DNA of 64,000 nt from Piedraia hortae CBS 480.64. Its lineage: Eukaryota. The notes beneath the pieces were generated by a model. That model was not told the origin of the DNA. It ran no database searches and saw only the letters and a program-made list of their open reading frames with translations. The translations under genes were made by a program, and so were the position numbers. The stretch's first letter is position 1; the number at the start of each line of letters is the position of its first letter. The stretch lies in contig MU005985.1 in NCBI GenBank assembly GCA_010093745.1, positions 1 to 64,000 of the forward strand, read 5' to 3'. Positions 35,024 to 48,670 of the stretch are shown in pieces.

Positions 35024-36679
35024 TCATTGTTTAGAACATAGCAGCATGCGCCTCCATTTCAACTTTCCCCTCCTCCTACCGTTTTCATTTGAAACGGCCG
35101 TCCAATTTTGGCCTTCATCTGGCAGTTGTGGACGCGCAGCCGTAGTGTTTGGAGCAGGCTCTCCCCTGGAAGACGACTCACTGCTTTTACCACTAGTAGC
35201 TGGCGTGTGCTCTTTGCTTTCTGTTCCATGAGGCGGAGCTGCTTCAGAGGCTTTCCCCAGGTCTTCCCGTGAAGCTTCATTCAGGGGTTGTTGCCTTGAC
35301 ATGAGCCAGCTTCCCTGTGACCTGCGGACGCTGGCGGACCTCGCGATGAGGACTGTGCTTGTCGAATCGCCCCTGGATCGACCATCACCCGCAAATACAC
35401 CGGTCTCATCTGCATGCGCTGTAGAAACAGAAAGGGTCGAGTTTCGGTTATTGGAAGCAGTGGGTGTGAAGACACCGCTCAGTCGCCTTCTATTATTGTT
35501 GTTAGAGCCAGTAGACCTTATGCTTGCACGTTTCTCCACCATGGTTCCTCCGGGCAACGGAGAGCCCGGTGTGGATTTGGACGGCGAGGGGCCTAAACTA
35601 CCTGCACTTAATACGGAGCCAGAACGTTGTATGCCGCTGCCTGCTAACGCACTTTCGCCTCGCTGTTCGTCAAGGCGCACTACGGAAGACCAACCTTCGC
35701 GGAAAGTAACCCAAATGCCAGTCATAATGATCATTTCGCGTAGCGCGTCATTCGTGGGCGTTTCTTCTTCATCGTCCTCATAGTTAGTGCCCTTCTTGGG
35801 TGTCGATAACGGAGTCATTGCAGCAGGATCGGGATGTTTATAGTTGTCGTATATTTCAAGATAGGCTTGGCTGAGACGGGCAACTATAGGGTGTTTACGT
35901 GTGTTTGGTGCGATGGGAGAGAAGGTAAAACGGCGCTCTTGCTTCGTAGCAGAGTCCTTTGTTTTCTTCGGTACCCAACGCATGCGCAAAATTAGGCCGT
36001 GTGCATCTGTCTTGGTGAATTCGTAGCCACCACCTGTCATAGAATGGACTTCCCATTCTTGCCCATCGGCCATGCACAGTTTGGGTGTCTCATCTTTCTT
36101 AATTTTGCAGATCAAGCCCAGCACTTGTGGCTCGTCTCCATCGGCCACCTCGACTGTTTTACGATACCTTTCTGCCCGTATAACAATCAAATCATTTGGA
36201 GAAAGGGTGTGGCGAGTGCGGATAACCTTGGCCAGGGCTTTGTTCAGCCGCACACTGAAGTTGACGCCAGGAACAACCTCAAAGGCCGGCTCGGGCCGGG
36301 TAGCAGCAGAGAGTTTATGAAGCTGCAGCATCGCCCGCTGACGTCGGTGCAACTTCCTTGTTGTCGTTGTTGGCGGAGGATGGCAGATGCTGTATTTTGT
36401 CTTCGGCCGGCTCGTTTTCCGCCGAATGCTGCCCTCAGACTCGTTGGAGCCTACATTGCTGTGCACTTCGGGCTCGGAAAACATACCCGAAGCTACACTG
36501 CGCGGCGGAGACGATGAGGCCGGGTCAAAGGTACCGGAAAGAACGTCTGATGATGGCCACTTCCCGGACTCCTCGGCCGGTGTCAGGCCAAAGGGATTGA
36601 ACATGCCCAGGCTGATGTTGGGTATGCTGGGCACCCAGCGCGTGAGAGCCGAGGGCAGCTGCTCACTCACTGTCGCCAT
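35024..36679 (-). CDS. Hypothetical fungal protein (globular middle, Ser-rich disordered ends)
   Basis: 551-aa intronless ATG ORF with plausible conserved blocks YSICHPPP, MLQLHKL, RMRWVPK, IIMTGIWVTFREGW. Confidence 0.8.
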   Translation of the reverse strand: MATVSEQLPSALTRWVPSIPNISLGMFNPFGLTPAEESGKWPSSDVLSGTFDPASSSPPRSVASGMFSEPEVHSNVGSNESEGSIRRKTSRPKTKYSICHPPPTTTTRKLHRRQRAMLQLHKLSAATRPEPAFEVVPGVNFSVRLNKALAKVIRTRHTLSPNDLIVIRAERYRKTVEVADGDEPQVLGLICKIKKDETPKLCMADGQEWEVHSMTGGGYEFTKTDAHGLILRMRWVPKKTKDSATKQERRFTFSPIAPNTRKHPIVARLSQAYLEIYDNYKHPDPAAMTPLSTPKKGTNYEDDEEETPTNDALREMIIMTGIWVTFREGWSSVVRLDEQRGESALAGSGIQRSGSVLSAGSLGPSPSKSTPGSPLPGGTMVEKRASIRSTGSNNNNRRRLSGVFTPTASNNRNSTLSVSTAHADETGVFAGDGRSRGDSTSTVLIARSASVRRSQGSWLMSRQQPLNEASREDLGKASEAAPPHGTESKEHTPATSGKSSESSSRGEPAPNTTAARPQLPDEGQNWTAVSNENGRRRGKLKWRRMLLCSKQ

Positions 36680-37014
36680 TGTCGCATTGAGATGGTTATG
36701 ACATGGAACGAAGACGACCCTCGCGTTTGATCCACTGCAACGACGCGACCTGTTCCTCGTCGGACCTGTCAGAGAATACGGCGATTTTGTTTATTGTTTT
36801 GCTGCGGAAGGAGAGCCCTGTCAACCGAATCCGCGCCCTCGGTAAAGCGGATGCACCTCAGCCGGGTCCCCCGAAACCCTTGCTGACGTCATGATGCTGT
36901 TTTTGGTTTCGTCACGTGCATTAGTGGCAGCCTTCTGGTTGTCTAGGACGAAAATAGATTACCGGTGCATCTCCGGGTCTCCGGGCACCCCGATGACATG
37001 AGAAAGGTGAGAGA

Positions 37015-38303
37015 ATGTCCCACAGAGCCTCAGACCTCATAGCGCCCTTCGTTCTGTGGAAACTTCTCTTGCTCGCTGTAGCTCTGTCATGCCCGGGGCC
37101 AGGCTATGACACTTCCACGGGGATTCTCCATGGTAGTAGCGAAGCAGCTGGCCTCGCCAGGAAGGCTGCCATGCGCTTGACGCGGTGGGATGCTCTTTAT
37201 TTTTCTACAACCGCCGCGAGAGGCCACCTGTATGAGCAGGAATGGGCCTTTAGCTGGCTGCTTTCGAGATTCGTCAGTTCACTAAGCCAAGGTAGGTTAA
37301 CACTCTCGGGTAGCTAAAGCTGATGCATGTAGCCTTGCCTATCACCCAAGATTTGCTCATACAAAATGCCTTGATCGGGAGCCTGGTCGCTTGTGTCTCC
37401 CACGCCTTGGCCGTAGCCACGATTTACAAGGCGACCATCGCCTTGCTCTACTTCCTCCCTTTGCACCATAGGAAACAACTAGCTTATGCCACTGCTGTCT
37501 TTCACATATTCTCCCCGGCGGGCATTATTCTAATGGCGCCTTATGGAGAAGCGCCTTTTGCCCTGCTGCAATTTGTGGGCATGTACTGCTACGTGCGAGC
37601 AGTTAAAGCCAGGGTCGCTAGCAAAGCTGACGCTGTATACTGGACCATTCTTACAGGAATTTGCTTTGCTCTCTCAGCAACGATCAGATCTAATGGGGTA
37701 CTGAGTGGCCTGATCTTCGTCTGGGATCTTGTAGAAGCTCTAGCTCTAGGCGAGGTGAGGGAAGTATTAGCCACCGGCGTAGCAGGCACCATTTTGGCGA
37801 TTGGGTTCGCTTTTCCGCAAGTAATCGCTTTTTACGAATTCTGCACAGATAGCACGCCGCGGCCCTGGTGCTCAGCCGTACCACCTAGTATATACACCTT
37901 CGTACAACGGGAGTACTGGGATGTAGGCTTCCTAAGATACTGGAAGCTGTCAAACCTCCCGCTATTTGCCCTCGCTTTACCTATGGCATGGGTTTTGACG
38001 ACAACAGCATGGCCAGCTCTGGTGCAACCGAGGCGATTCGCTCGTCGTTTGACGAACAGCAATCAATCTGACCACAAAGCCTTTGACATAATCCTTCGTC
38101 GCTTTGCAGTGCCACAACTTGTTTTGGTCTTGTTAGCTTTGACAAGCTTTCACTGCCAAATTATCAATCGCATTAGCTCGGGATATCCACTCTGGTACTT
38201 TTGTTTGGCTATCTCGCAACAGGACCGGTGGCATCTTAGGGCTATGATTACATATGCCCTCGTCCACGCAGGACTGTATGCTGCATTCATGCCTCCTGCT
38301 TAG
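37015..38303 (+). CDS. GPI18: GPI mannosyltransferase 2 (PIG-V)
   Basis: PGPGYDTST, RLTRWDALYF, YEQEWAF, RSNG, PRPWC, YWDVGFLRYW..SNLPLF, QIINRISSGYP. A 41-nt intron at 37292-37332 joins the two ORFs in frame. Confidence 0.93.
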
Positions 38304-40179
38304 GCTCCTATGCATGGAACTAACCCAGCCTGGAGGTTGCAGGTCGTTTGGATGAAGCGACCATTCTCCATGAAAGCTCCAAAGCTCAATCTGGGCCAGC
38401 TGCAGTTGCATGCCAGCCGCAAAATGAAAACTCTGCGTGGAAAGAATGGAGGTCCTGATTGCACGCTCAGTGCACACTGCTCTCATGTGAATATCCTGAA
38501 TATCATATCATACACGGTCTCGACAAGATCCTCTCTTGCTGACCATCAGGCGGACCAACCTGACGTAGTTAAAGACGATGCATCTGCTTATCGATGTTAA
38601 GTCATAATCGTGCAGAGCAGAGCTTGACCCGCTGTCCATGATATGCGAAAACTCCCTATCAATGATCGAGTTACACAGGCCGTGTGGCTGCGTGCCTCCC
38701 GTGCAAAACAGCCACGCCGACCGGAAACCACGAATCCCACATTTTCAACACCGGGGTGCTGTCAGCTCCTCAGGTGGTGTACCAATGCGTTTGGCAAAAT
38801 CCTTCGGTTCCACGCTCTTGTGGGCTGACATCATTTCTTTGGACTTCAGGAAAGCGCACTGCTGATGGTCTCTGTTTGCAACTACATGACAGCGTTGAGG
38901 ACCTTGTATTGGAGATTGTTGGGGCAGGTCCCAAATAGTCTTCAGAAAGCTAGGGCTGTCAGTACCTGTGATACGCTGAAACGTCCATGTCGTATCGCGA
39001 ACGGAAAGGATCATCATAGCGGGACGTTGCCCCCCATCCGAACTGCGCCAACTAACCGTTGCACATCTCCACACCAATAAAGTGGCAGGAAGTCTGGAAG
39101 GATAGCAAAGGCTTTAATACGGTCATATGCGCGACCGAGATAGGTGAGCGAAATTTGTACGTTGAACAGTATGCTATACAGCAGCGATTCGTTGAGCTAC
39201 GTAATGGGGCCTTTGCATACATACATAAGAGTTAGGACCCATGCGAGCTTATTTTCCCATACAGGAGTGATCGTTCCACTGTCGGCCACCCCGCATCCTT
39301 GTGCTATACAACCGTTCCTACACCATGGACAGAGGATCAACTGCCCTGGAGACTTTGAGCGACGGCCTTTTTAAACCAATCAGGGTTGGTTGCTCGGAAA
39401 AAAGCCTCGGACCGCTTTTTTCTTTTTGTGAGTCAAAGCGAGCAGTGATTGGTCAACACCGCGAACATAGATCGAACTTTGGAAGGAATCAAGTCAACCA
39501 AACACACCGTATTGTACTAGCCATGGTCTACACCTCGAATATTACCTTATACATTGAGGTATTTTGTCATCATGGTGGGCCACGCCCGCGGCTCATTGCT
39601 GTACCACGCCTATGCCGACCTTATAGTATCGGCTGATACTCACATCATTTGACTTTTGGAACTTTAACAGTTAGATGATCAACCGTCCAAGTAGACAGAA
39701 GCTCTCGCAGAAGTATGTGTATTTTGCTGGCATTCTGGAGCCGGAAAAGCAATCTCCGTAACACGAGGAGGCTATCACAAAAACGTCGCTAATGTTTCAA
39801 ACTTCTGTGGCTCTACTTTACCAGCATCCTGATGGCATGAGCCAAGAGACCGCCCCTAGACGGCATGAGTTACTTAATCGGAACTTTTATCTTCATTTGC
39901 GGCAAACGTCAGTATGCGGCCCTATATGGCAATCACAGCAGTTGCAGCACAACATGAATGGAGCAGACCTCGTTAAAGGAGTGCGAGTCCCAAAAATGGC
40001 TTGTCGCTATGTTGAATACCGCAGGAAGCCATCCATGAGGGCAATGTCAGCGAAGCAATAACTGTTTCGGGACCGGCTGGTGGCTCATGATTGCTGCTGT
40101 TCACTTCATGTTACGGTGCTGACCCCATTACTTTTTCATTCGCTCTTACATATCACCTTCGCTTGGTTACTTGAGAACG

Positions 40180-41971
40180 ATGGTGCTTGGAACCATCATC
40201 GGCCTTTGTTTGGCCACCTTTGTTTGCGTATCCTATGGAGCTGCAGCAACTAGACCACGCAATGTTAGGGATCCTGATCGTGTGCATGGTCCTCGGAACA
40301 GACACCATTGAGGTGGTGACTACGATGTTACCTCTGATTTTGATTTAGTGCCATACCACTATTAGGCCTTCAGTTACTGAAATTGTTTCAGAAAGTTCCC
40401 AATCACGAAGAAGGTTGTCACTTATGACTTGAGCATCACAAACAGCACCTGCGACCCTGATGGCAATGGACCTAGGCCTTGTATGCTGATCAATAATCAG
40501 TATCCTGGTCCTACTATCCGTGCCAGCTGGGGCAATCTTTTAATCGTAAATGTACAAATCATGCTGGAAAACAACGGGACCAGCATTCACTGGCATGGTG
40601 TTCGCCAATTGTACAGCACAGTGTCAGACGGGACTGGCGGAATTACCGAGTGCCCGATTGCTCCGGGCGACTCGAAGACATACAGCTTCCGGGTGACCCA
40701 ACTTGGGACATCGTGGTATCACAGCCATTTTTCCTCACAGTACGGAGACGGAGTCCTTGGTCCCATCATCTTCGATGACCCAGCAACAGCCAACTATGAC
40801 GAAGGCCTGGGCCCGTACATACTCAATGGCTGGTACTACCAGACTACCTTTCAGATCAACTCGATAGCGTTGCTGCAAAGTTTACAGACGCAACCTCCGT
40901 CTATACCACCCGCAGGGGACAATATCTAGATCAATGGCACCAACGTCAAAACAGCTGTGGTGGTGGTCAATATGGGCGAGCCAAACTTCAATCGGGTAAA
41001 AAGTATCGCCTGCGCCTCATCAACAGTGCTGTAGACAACTTCTACTATGTTTCGCTCGACAAACACCCTCTACAACCCATCGCTAGCGATTCTAACCCAA
41101 TCGAACCCATTGTGGTGGAAACCCTATTGGTTGCCATCGGCCAGCGTTATGATGTTATCATCGATGCCACGCAAACGCCAGGAAACTACTGGTTCCACGC
41201 CGCAGTTGCCACACCGTATGGTTCTAGAAATGGTAATTGGGAGGGTAGATCCATCTTCACATACGAAGGTGCCAACTTTACCGAGCCCACCAGCACCAGA
41301 TACGTTCCGCCTCAGCCTTGTGACGACTTGCCGAATCTCACGCCTCACTGGAAGCAGTCCGTGCCACGGGAAGGTTTCGAAGCTTCCCCCGGGGAGATGG
41401 ACATCGATATCAAGGAGATGTCTCCCACATGCAACGGCGATATGGTGGCGGCCTGGACGCTGGGCGATGTCCCCTTGAACATTGAATGGAACAATCCCAC
41501 ACTGCAGTATGTATTGAATGGCAGTTTTACTTTCCCGCCACGGTACAACATGTAACCAACGGCAGAAGCCGGTAAATGGAACTTTTGGATCATTCAGCCA
41601 GCTAACAGTAACGCCCCACCAGCGGCGCACCCAGTCCACTTGCACGGCCATAAATTCTTTGTCCTCGGTCAGCGCGCCAACGACCACTTTAACAGCAACT
41701 CAATCGACTCTCTTGACTTTGACAACCCTCCACGCCGTGATACTGCCACCATACCGCCCAAAGGCTGGATAGTGATTGCTTTTCCCACAACCCCGGCGTC
41801 TGGCTTCTGCACTGCCACACCGCCTGGCACGTGGCCGACGGCTTCGGGAACCAGTTCCTCGAGCTTCCAGAGCAGATTAGAGTCGACAGAGCTGCATTCG
41901 ATAAAACCTGCACTAACTGGAGAAACTATATCAAGAGAGACAGAGTTCAGAAGCAAAATTCGGAGTTGTGA
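40180..41971 (+). pseudogene. Laccase pseudogene, tandem paralog of 43121-44950
   Basis: Copper motifs HWHG, WYHSH, HPVHLHGH and HCHTAWH remain, but there are stops at 40309-40311, 40927-40929 and 41553-41555 plus frameshifts. C-terminus is NSEL instead of DSGL. Confidence 0.9.
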
Positions 41972-43120
41972 GTGATTTGGTTCGCAATTGAGGTACTATT
42001 CTGTCACTGTCATTCTTAGTCTCTGAATATGCTTTGGGGTTCTGCACCTTCCTTATAGGAAGGAAGATCCTCTGAGTAGAAGGGAAAGCACTTTATGTGG
42101 AAGCAAGGGCTATAAACACCTGTGCATCCGATTTCTATGAACTGTCTCGCCCTTGGATTGATACGAGGTGAGTACCCATGTTTATTTTGCTACTCCCTGC
42201 CAGCCAGGCCACAGGGTGATGTTGTTGCTTGCGCGGAAAGTTTCCGCAGTGGGCTTTCCGAGCGTGCCCGACCTCACATCGATTGGACATCGCTTGATCA
42301 TCGCAGAAGAAGGGTTACAGGCTGACGCTTGCCTTGGAAAGTGCTCTGAATCTGATCATGTGAGGCTGGACGTCGCTTAACTTTCGAGCAGAAGGAGCTC
42401 GGCAGATCAGCCTTCGAAAATGTTGTCCCGAAAACAGGCATAATGGGATTGTTGGTATAACATACTGAAACGATTGGTAGACTGAGCGATATGATTTACT
42501 AAATTGGGGTAATAGAGTGGGCGAACTTGCTTTCACCAAGGTTCATTGAAGTAAGGCTATCACACGTCATATAGCGCAAGATGTGTTCCTGGCATACTTA
42601 CAGGGATTACTTCCACTTGATGCATACGTCGAGCCGAAGACTACGATACTAGGAGGTGAATGAGCTGCATGAATGCCTAAGCATATGTCATGTCGGCACT
42701 TTTTCTCGGCACGAAGACGCCGACAGTGAACGTGGTCGTTGTACATCGATCTTGACGGAACCAATCGAATAATGTATATGCAGTAGCCGAGAGGTATCTT
42801 TTACCTTTTCAATTTCCCTTCCTTCGGTGCACCCGATTTCTCAGTTTGTCTCTACGCGAGGTGCTTATCGGAAGGGCGACGATGATGTGTCGGATTCGGC
42901 TTTGCCCAGCGGCTGACGCCCCGGGCTCGACGATAATCTTCAAGGCCTAGGAGTCCTCCTTCAGGCTATGCTGAGGAGCCAGAGACGGTTTTATTAACCG
43001 AATGGCGAGGGGACATCTTCTACCGTCCATTATATAGAGGGCGATGTTGGTCCTGTCTCTTGGTCATTCACCATCTGCATTCGCTTTTAAACCATACAAT
43101 CGCTTGATAACCGCAACAAG

Positions 43121-44950
43121 ATGAAATTTCAAGCCCTCACATGCCTTTGCCTGGTCAGTTATGCTTCCAAATCTTATGGATATGCATTGCCTGCTCCACT
43201 GGTTGCTCCACTGGCGATCAATCCACTTCAAGGACCCCAAGCTGATAACTCTTCGTGTGTATATGGTCCTAACAACAGACAATGCTGGGCCAGTGGTTAC
43301 AGTGTTGATGCCGATTTTGACCAGTAAGTGGTTTGATATAATCATCGATTCGTTTACTGATGGAAGTTCAGAAACTACCCAATCACCAATGGCACTGTTG
43401 TGTACAATTTGACGATCACTAACAGCACCTGCAATCCTGATGGCAATGGCCCTAGGCCTTGTATGCTGATCAATAATCAGTATCCTGGTCCTACCATTCG
43501 TGCCAGCTGGGGTGATCGTCTTATCATTAATGTACACAACCAGTTGCAAAATAATGGGACCAGCATCCACTGGCATGGTGTTCGTCAGCTGAACAGTACA
43601 GAGTCAGATGGTGTTGGCGGTATCACCGAGTGTCCAATTGCTCCGGGCGACTCGAAGACATACAGCTTCCGGGTGACCCAATTCGGGACGTCGTGGTATC
43701 ACAGCCACTTTTCCTCGCAGTACGGCGACGGAGTCATTGGGCCTATGATCTTTGAAGGACCAGCATCAGCCAACTATGATGAAGACCTGGGTCCTTATAT
43801 GCTCAACGAATGGTACTACCAGACTGCCTCCCAAATCAACTCGATAGCGATGAAGCTTTTGCAGACAAATCCTCCGTCTCTCCCACCTCCAGCAGACAAC
43901 ATCCTCATCAACGGCACGAATATTAACCACAATGGCGCTGGCAATTACGGGCGAGTTAGCATGCAGGCCGGCAAGAGGTATCGTTTGCGCCTCATCAACA
44001 GTGCGGTGGATAATCACTATCACGTCTCGCTCGACAACCACAACATGACAATTATCGCCAGTGACTTCATCCCAATCAACCCCATCACCGTTACGACTTT
44101 ACTCATCGCCATTGGACAACGTTACGATGTAGTCATCCACGCCAACCAGAGGCCCGGAAACTACTGGTTCCGAGCAAGCGTAGCCCAGGAGTGCGGCTTT
44201 GACAACAAGCAACTCGAGGGCCGATCAATCTTCACTTACAACAACATCACCTTCGCCGAACCAAACACCACAGCATACACGTGGCCACGCACCTGCGATG
44301 AATCCATGCGTCTCGAACCAACATGGTACCAACCTGTACCAAGCGACAGCTTCATCCAAACGATCCAGCAAATGGACGTCAACCTCACGAGCGTGAACCC
44401 CCCCTTCAACGGCGACATGGTCAACGCCTGGACTTTAGGCGGCTCGCCCCTGAACATCGAATGGGACAGACCAACCCTCCAATACATCCTAGACAACAAC
44501 TCAAGCTACCCACCACGCTACAACGTGCACACGACCCGGAGCCGCAACGCATGGAACTACTGGATCATCCAACAAGGTCCCGGAGCACCGCCAGCAGCGC
44601 ATCCCATCCACCTCCACGGCCACGACTTCTTCGTCCTGGGTCGGCAAGATAACTCCACGTTTGACCGCACCTCGTCAGTCAGCCTTCTCAACTTTAACAC
44701 CCCGCCGCGGCGCGATACCGCAACCGTGCCCTCTAGGGGCTGGATGGTTATTGCGTTCCCGACGAATAACCCCGGCGCGTGGCTCATGCATTGTCATATT
44801 GCGTGGCATGTTGCTGGGGGTCTGGGGAGTCAGTTTATCGAACTGCCCGGTGAGATTACGGTGAACAGAGATGCGTTTGATCAGACGTGTAAGAATTGGA
44901 AGGAGTATGTTGCGAAAGATGCGGTGCAGAAGGAGGATTCGGGTTTGTAA
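43121..44950 (+). CDS. Secreted laccase (multicopper oxidase, AA1)
   Basis: Signal peptide; HWHG, WYHSHF, HPIHLHGH, HCHIAWH; ascomycete C-terminal DSGL. Intron 43324-43371 restores the frame. Confidence 0.96.
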
Positions 44951-45148
44951 CTCTGGGACCTTTTCTTTTCATCTCCGGGGAATTGATAGTATTGAACTCT
45001 GTATATTTGTAGCTATGTAACCTCCGTCTTCACATTTTGCTTAGTTTGTGGTATCCTCTGTCCAAGAATTCTCATCTACACCCCGATTGTACGTCAGATG
45101 AGAATGTTGTCAGAAACCGCCAGCGCACGCTTACGTAATTCCTTCAAA

Positions 45149-45190
45149 GCGCGACGCGCGCATTTCGCATTCGCAGCGCGTCGCGCGCGT
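45149..45190. promoter_or_regulatory. CGCG-rich 11-bp inverted repeat with MCB-like cores upstream of centrin
   Basis: GCGCGACGCGC (45149-45159) and GCGCGTCGCGC (45176-45186), about 100 bp before the ATG. Confidence 0.45.
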
Positions 45191-45287
45191 TTTCTCACCC
45201 CCCAAAAAAGCCTCCGCAACGAACGTCTCTTTTCAATCTGCGCGCACAAGAGTCCTCACGAGCTACGCGTACTGTGGAATAAAAGAA

Positions 45288-46010
45288 ATGGCATCCAACC
45301 CTTTTGGTCGTACCCACGGTCTTAATCTCCGCGGCGGACATCATCATCAACCGACCGCGCAACCGGCGGTAACGACACAGCAGACGCAAGGACAAGCAGC
45401 GCAGAGGTACGATCGCGAGCGCAGAGGGGGGAATTTGGAGGAGCCGAATTTGTTGGATTCGCTGAGTGAAGAGCAGAGGGATGAGGTTAATGAAGCTGTA
45501 AGTGGTTTGCTTTGAGGGAAGAGGGTAGGGGATTGATGGTATCAGTTTACGCTGTTCGATCTGGACAAAGACGGCATGATCGACTATCACGAGACAAAAG
45601 TCGCGCTGAAAGCGCTTGGGTTTGATCTTTCGAAATCTGAGATTTTGCAGATTTTGCAGACATATGGACAGCAAAGCGCCGCGGGCGGGGCAGGGAGACA
45701 AGGTGGTGGACAGCATGCTGCGGCTACATTTACGGGCCCAAACAGGATCCTTCTTTCTGCCGCGGCGTTTCGACAGGTTGCGGCTAGGAAAATCTTGGAT
45801 AGAGATCCCAAAGAGGAGATTATGCGTGCCTTTGACCTCTTCGACGCAGATAATAAAGGCATTATTGATTTGGAGGATCTGAGGAGAGTCGCGAGGGAGC
45901 TTGGAGAGGGACTGCAAGAGGAGGAGCTGGAGGCTATGATTGCAGAATTTGATATCAGGGGCGATGGAGGCATTGATAGGGATGCATTCTTGGGCATCTG
46001 TCTTGGTTGA
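45288..46010 (+). CDS. CDC31: Centrin (EF-hand spindle pole body protein)
   Basis: [53 protein letters not shown]. Intron 45498-45545. Confidence 0.93.
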
Positions 46011-47363
46011 TGGTACTGGTGTTCGAAAGGGCGTTTGGTTTGTTTGATGAGATGGTTAATGGTTCACTTCAGCAGGCCCCTGGCTTGATATCATTGTGTA
46101 GACATTAGCTACTTACTGAATCTGTAATAGTCAGTTTTCCTCTTCGTGAACAGTAGAAGTCGCTATTCGATCATCAGATAGGCATGAATGGTAATAAATG
46201 GTTGTCTCGGCATGGCAGAGAGCCAATAAGACTCGTCATCAAGTATCATCATGACATCGGTGAAGTAAATGCTCAAGACTTACCCTGCTTTCTGTCAGCC
46301 ATTGTTGCGTAAGTGTATCGTACAGGTAAATGGGTGCATCAGTGGACGAGGTTTTCTAGGCCTGTCAAAAAGCGGCATGTCGCTCATATAGATTCGGAGC
46401 CCAGTGCCAATTCATCACACAAGTCTTTGTGGAGAGGTTTTGCTTACAAGATAATATTGAAGGGGTGCTATCCTTCGTCAAGTCGTCATCGTGTGAAGCT
46501 GATTAATGTTAGCAGACATTCTGCACGAACATCTAGGATACTGCAAGGTATTCTCAGAAAAACAGGCCTGTCAAAGCCATTTCATCAATGCAGTCAACTG
46601 CTATGTCGACCGTCGTGAGATGTTTTAGAATTCATCATGTTAAGAAAGTAAAGCAGGGTATGACCTTACCATGATTTGCGTCGGACAGCTCTAGCTGCAA
46701 TCGTTAGCCAAGTTCAAACAACATAGTCCACCCAAAGATTAAAGATCAGAATATCGAATCTCGTCTTAGCCGTGACCAGCTTGGACATATGCTTGTCTTT
46801 TGATGATGTTTCATCACGCAAAAGGTTGGGTGTGTAACGCTTACACTGTACACTGCTATCCTTATCCTGCAACAGTTAGCTCCGCTAAAACCCTCAAAGT
46901 TGCAGATGCAGGATGCAGGTATTCGATCAGACAGGCCTAAGATGTCCGCAAAGACGAAGAGTCTCAGTCGGTAATTCCATGTATAGCGTATATGTTTGGT
47001 GTTCATCACGAGAAGGAGGGACAAGGCTGAGCGCTTACCAAAGTGACTTGCATCTGCCGATTGTTAGCGCTGTCGCAAACAGATTGACAATGAGCTTTAC
47101 GTGCAATCAGACTGACGTAGCATGAGTTTCATACCCCGAAGGATCAAAGACTCTAGTTTGTTTGCGGTTTGCTATTTCATCATGGAGGGGCGGAGGGATA
47201 GAACTTACGCTGTACGCTTGTGTGCTACGCGTTGGTGTGGTGCAGATAAAAGTTGCGGAAGAATTTCTGGCCGGCAGTTCCGCGGCAAGCTTGGCGTTGG
47301 CCTGAGGCATCAAATATGACGTCACTCAGACAGCCAACACGAGGGCTGCGAGTGAAGACGCCC

Positions 47364-48670
47364 ATGATGCCTCTAACGGTGCTTCGAGATGCGGACGTCG
47401 ACCGTATTCTACACTCGTACACGCGCGAAGATATCTTGGAACTGTATGCTTTCGCCAATATCGCCGCCCTCGACTAACTTCCTTCAGTCAGCGAACCTTG
47501 GCCGACGCTTTGCACTGGTACTCGACGTCCAGTGACGCAAACGACTACTGCTCGGACTTCCAGCCAGAGCGCATTGCGCTGAACCGGAAGGATGGCTCAA
47601 CCACGTTCTTCATGCCCGCCAGCTGCATAGATGGCCAGGCCGTCAAGGTCATTAACCTTTCAGGCTGTGTTAACCCAAAGCCTTCATCAAATGCAAGCGA
47701 AAAATACGTCGACGGAGAAAGACTGGATGCGAAAGGAGCAATCAGCGGGTCACTAACACTTATGGACAGTGCTGGAAACACCACCGGTCTCGTTCATGCT
47801 ACAGAACTCACCGCTTTCCGCACTGCGCTGGCATCGACCATGCTGTTAAAAAAGCGAAGTAGTGTACATACATTGACCGTCTTTGGTGCCGGCCTTCAGG
47901 CGTATTGGCACATTCGTCTGGCAATGTTACTGCGGCCGGGCGAGATCCATCATCTCAATGTTATCACACGCAATTTTGAACGAGCTACTAAATGTTTGAT
48001 TCGACTGTACGACCCACAACCAAATGACCCGAATTTTACCAATAATGTCGATGAACGCTACAACAGCAAAACTAAATCAACCATTCTCACCACGGTCCAT
48101 TCCGAGTTTCAGCGATTGCGAAAGAATCACATTCGCTCGGCCGATGTCATTTTTTGCTGCACACCGTCCACAACGCCTCTTTTCCCGGCAGAATGTCTTA
48201 CCAACCCCGAAGGGCAGAAAAAGGGGAGATATGTCGCCTGCATTGGAAGCTACAAGCCTGACATGATAGAGCTAGACCCAGATGTGTTACGATTTGCTGT
48301 GAGTCAACCGCAGAAACATCATCGCTTGCACAGGCGATCAAGGGAGGGCGGTGCAGTCATCGTGGACACGGTGACGGGAGCGCTGTCACAAGCGGGAGAA
48401 ATTGTGCAGGCCAAGTTGCTGCCCGAGCAAGTTGTCGAATTGGGGGAGCTCGTGATGTTGAGCAAAGAGGCCAAGGCAAGAAGGGCCGCGGTAGGGCAGA
48501 GCGTGGACGAGGGTTGCAACTTCCAGGACGATGAGGCTTTGCAAGACTGGGTGACCCGTGGCAATGTCCTGTATAAGTCTGTCGGCTTGGGTCTTGTCGA
48601 TGTCGTGGTTGGGAACGAAGTGATTGATCGAGCAAGGCAAACTGACATTGGTGTTACGATTGATTTCTGA
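47364..48670 (+). CDS. Ornithine cyclodeaminase / mu-crystallin family protein (PrnX-like)
   Basis: TTFFMPA, ELTAFRTALAS, VFGAGLQAYWH, ADVIFCCTPS, IGSYKPDMIE, YKSVGLG. Intron 47444-47487. Confidence 0.9.

Noticed and set aside
38310..40100. Short ORFs between GPI18 and the laccase pseudogene
   Set aside because: No motifs, splice structure or repeats recognised.
16766..44950. Secondary-metabolite or aromatic-degradation cluster (esterase, Zn2Cys6, laccases)
   Set aside because: No backbone enzyme; the genes are dispersed among housekeeping genes.
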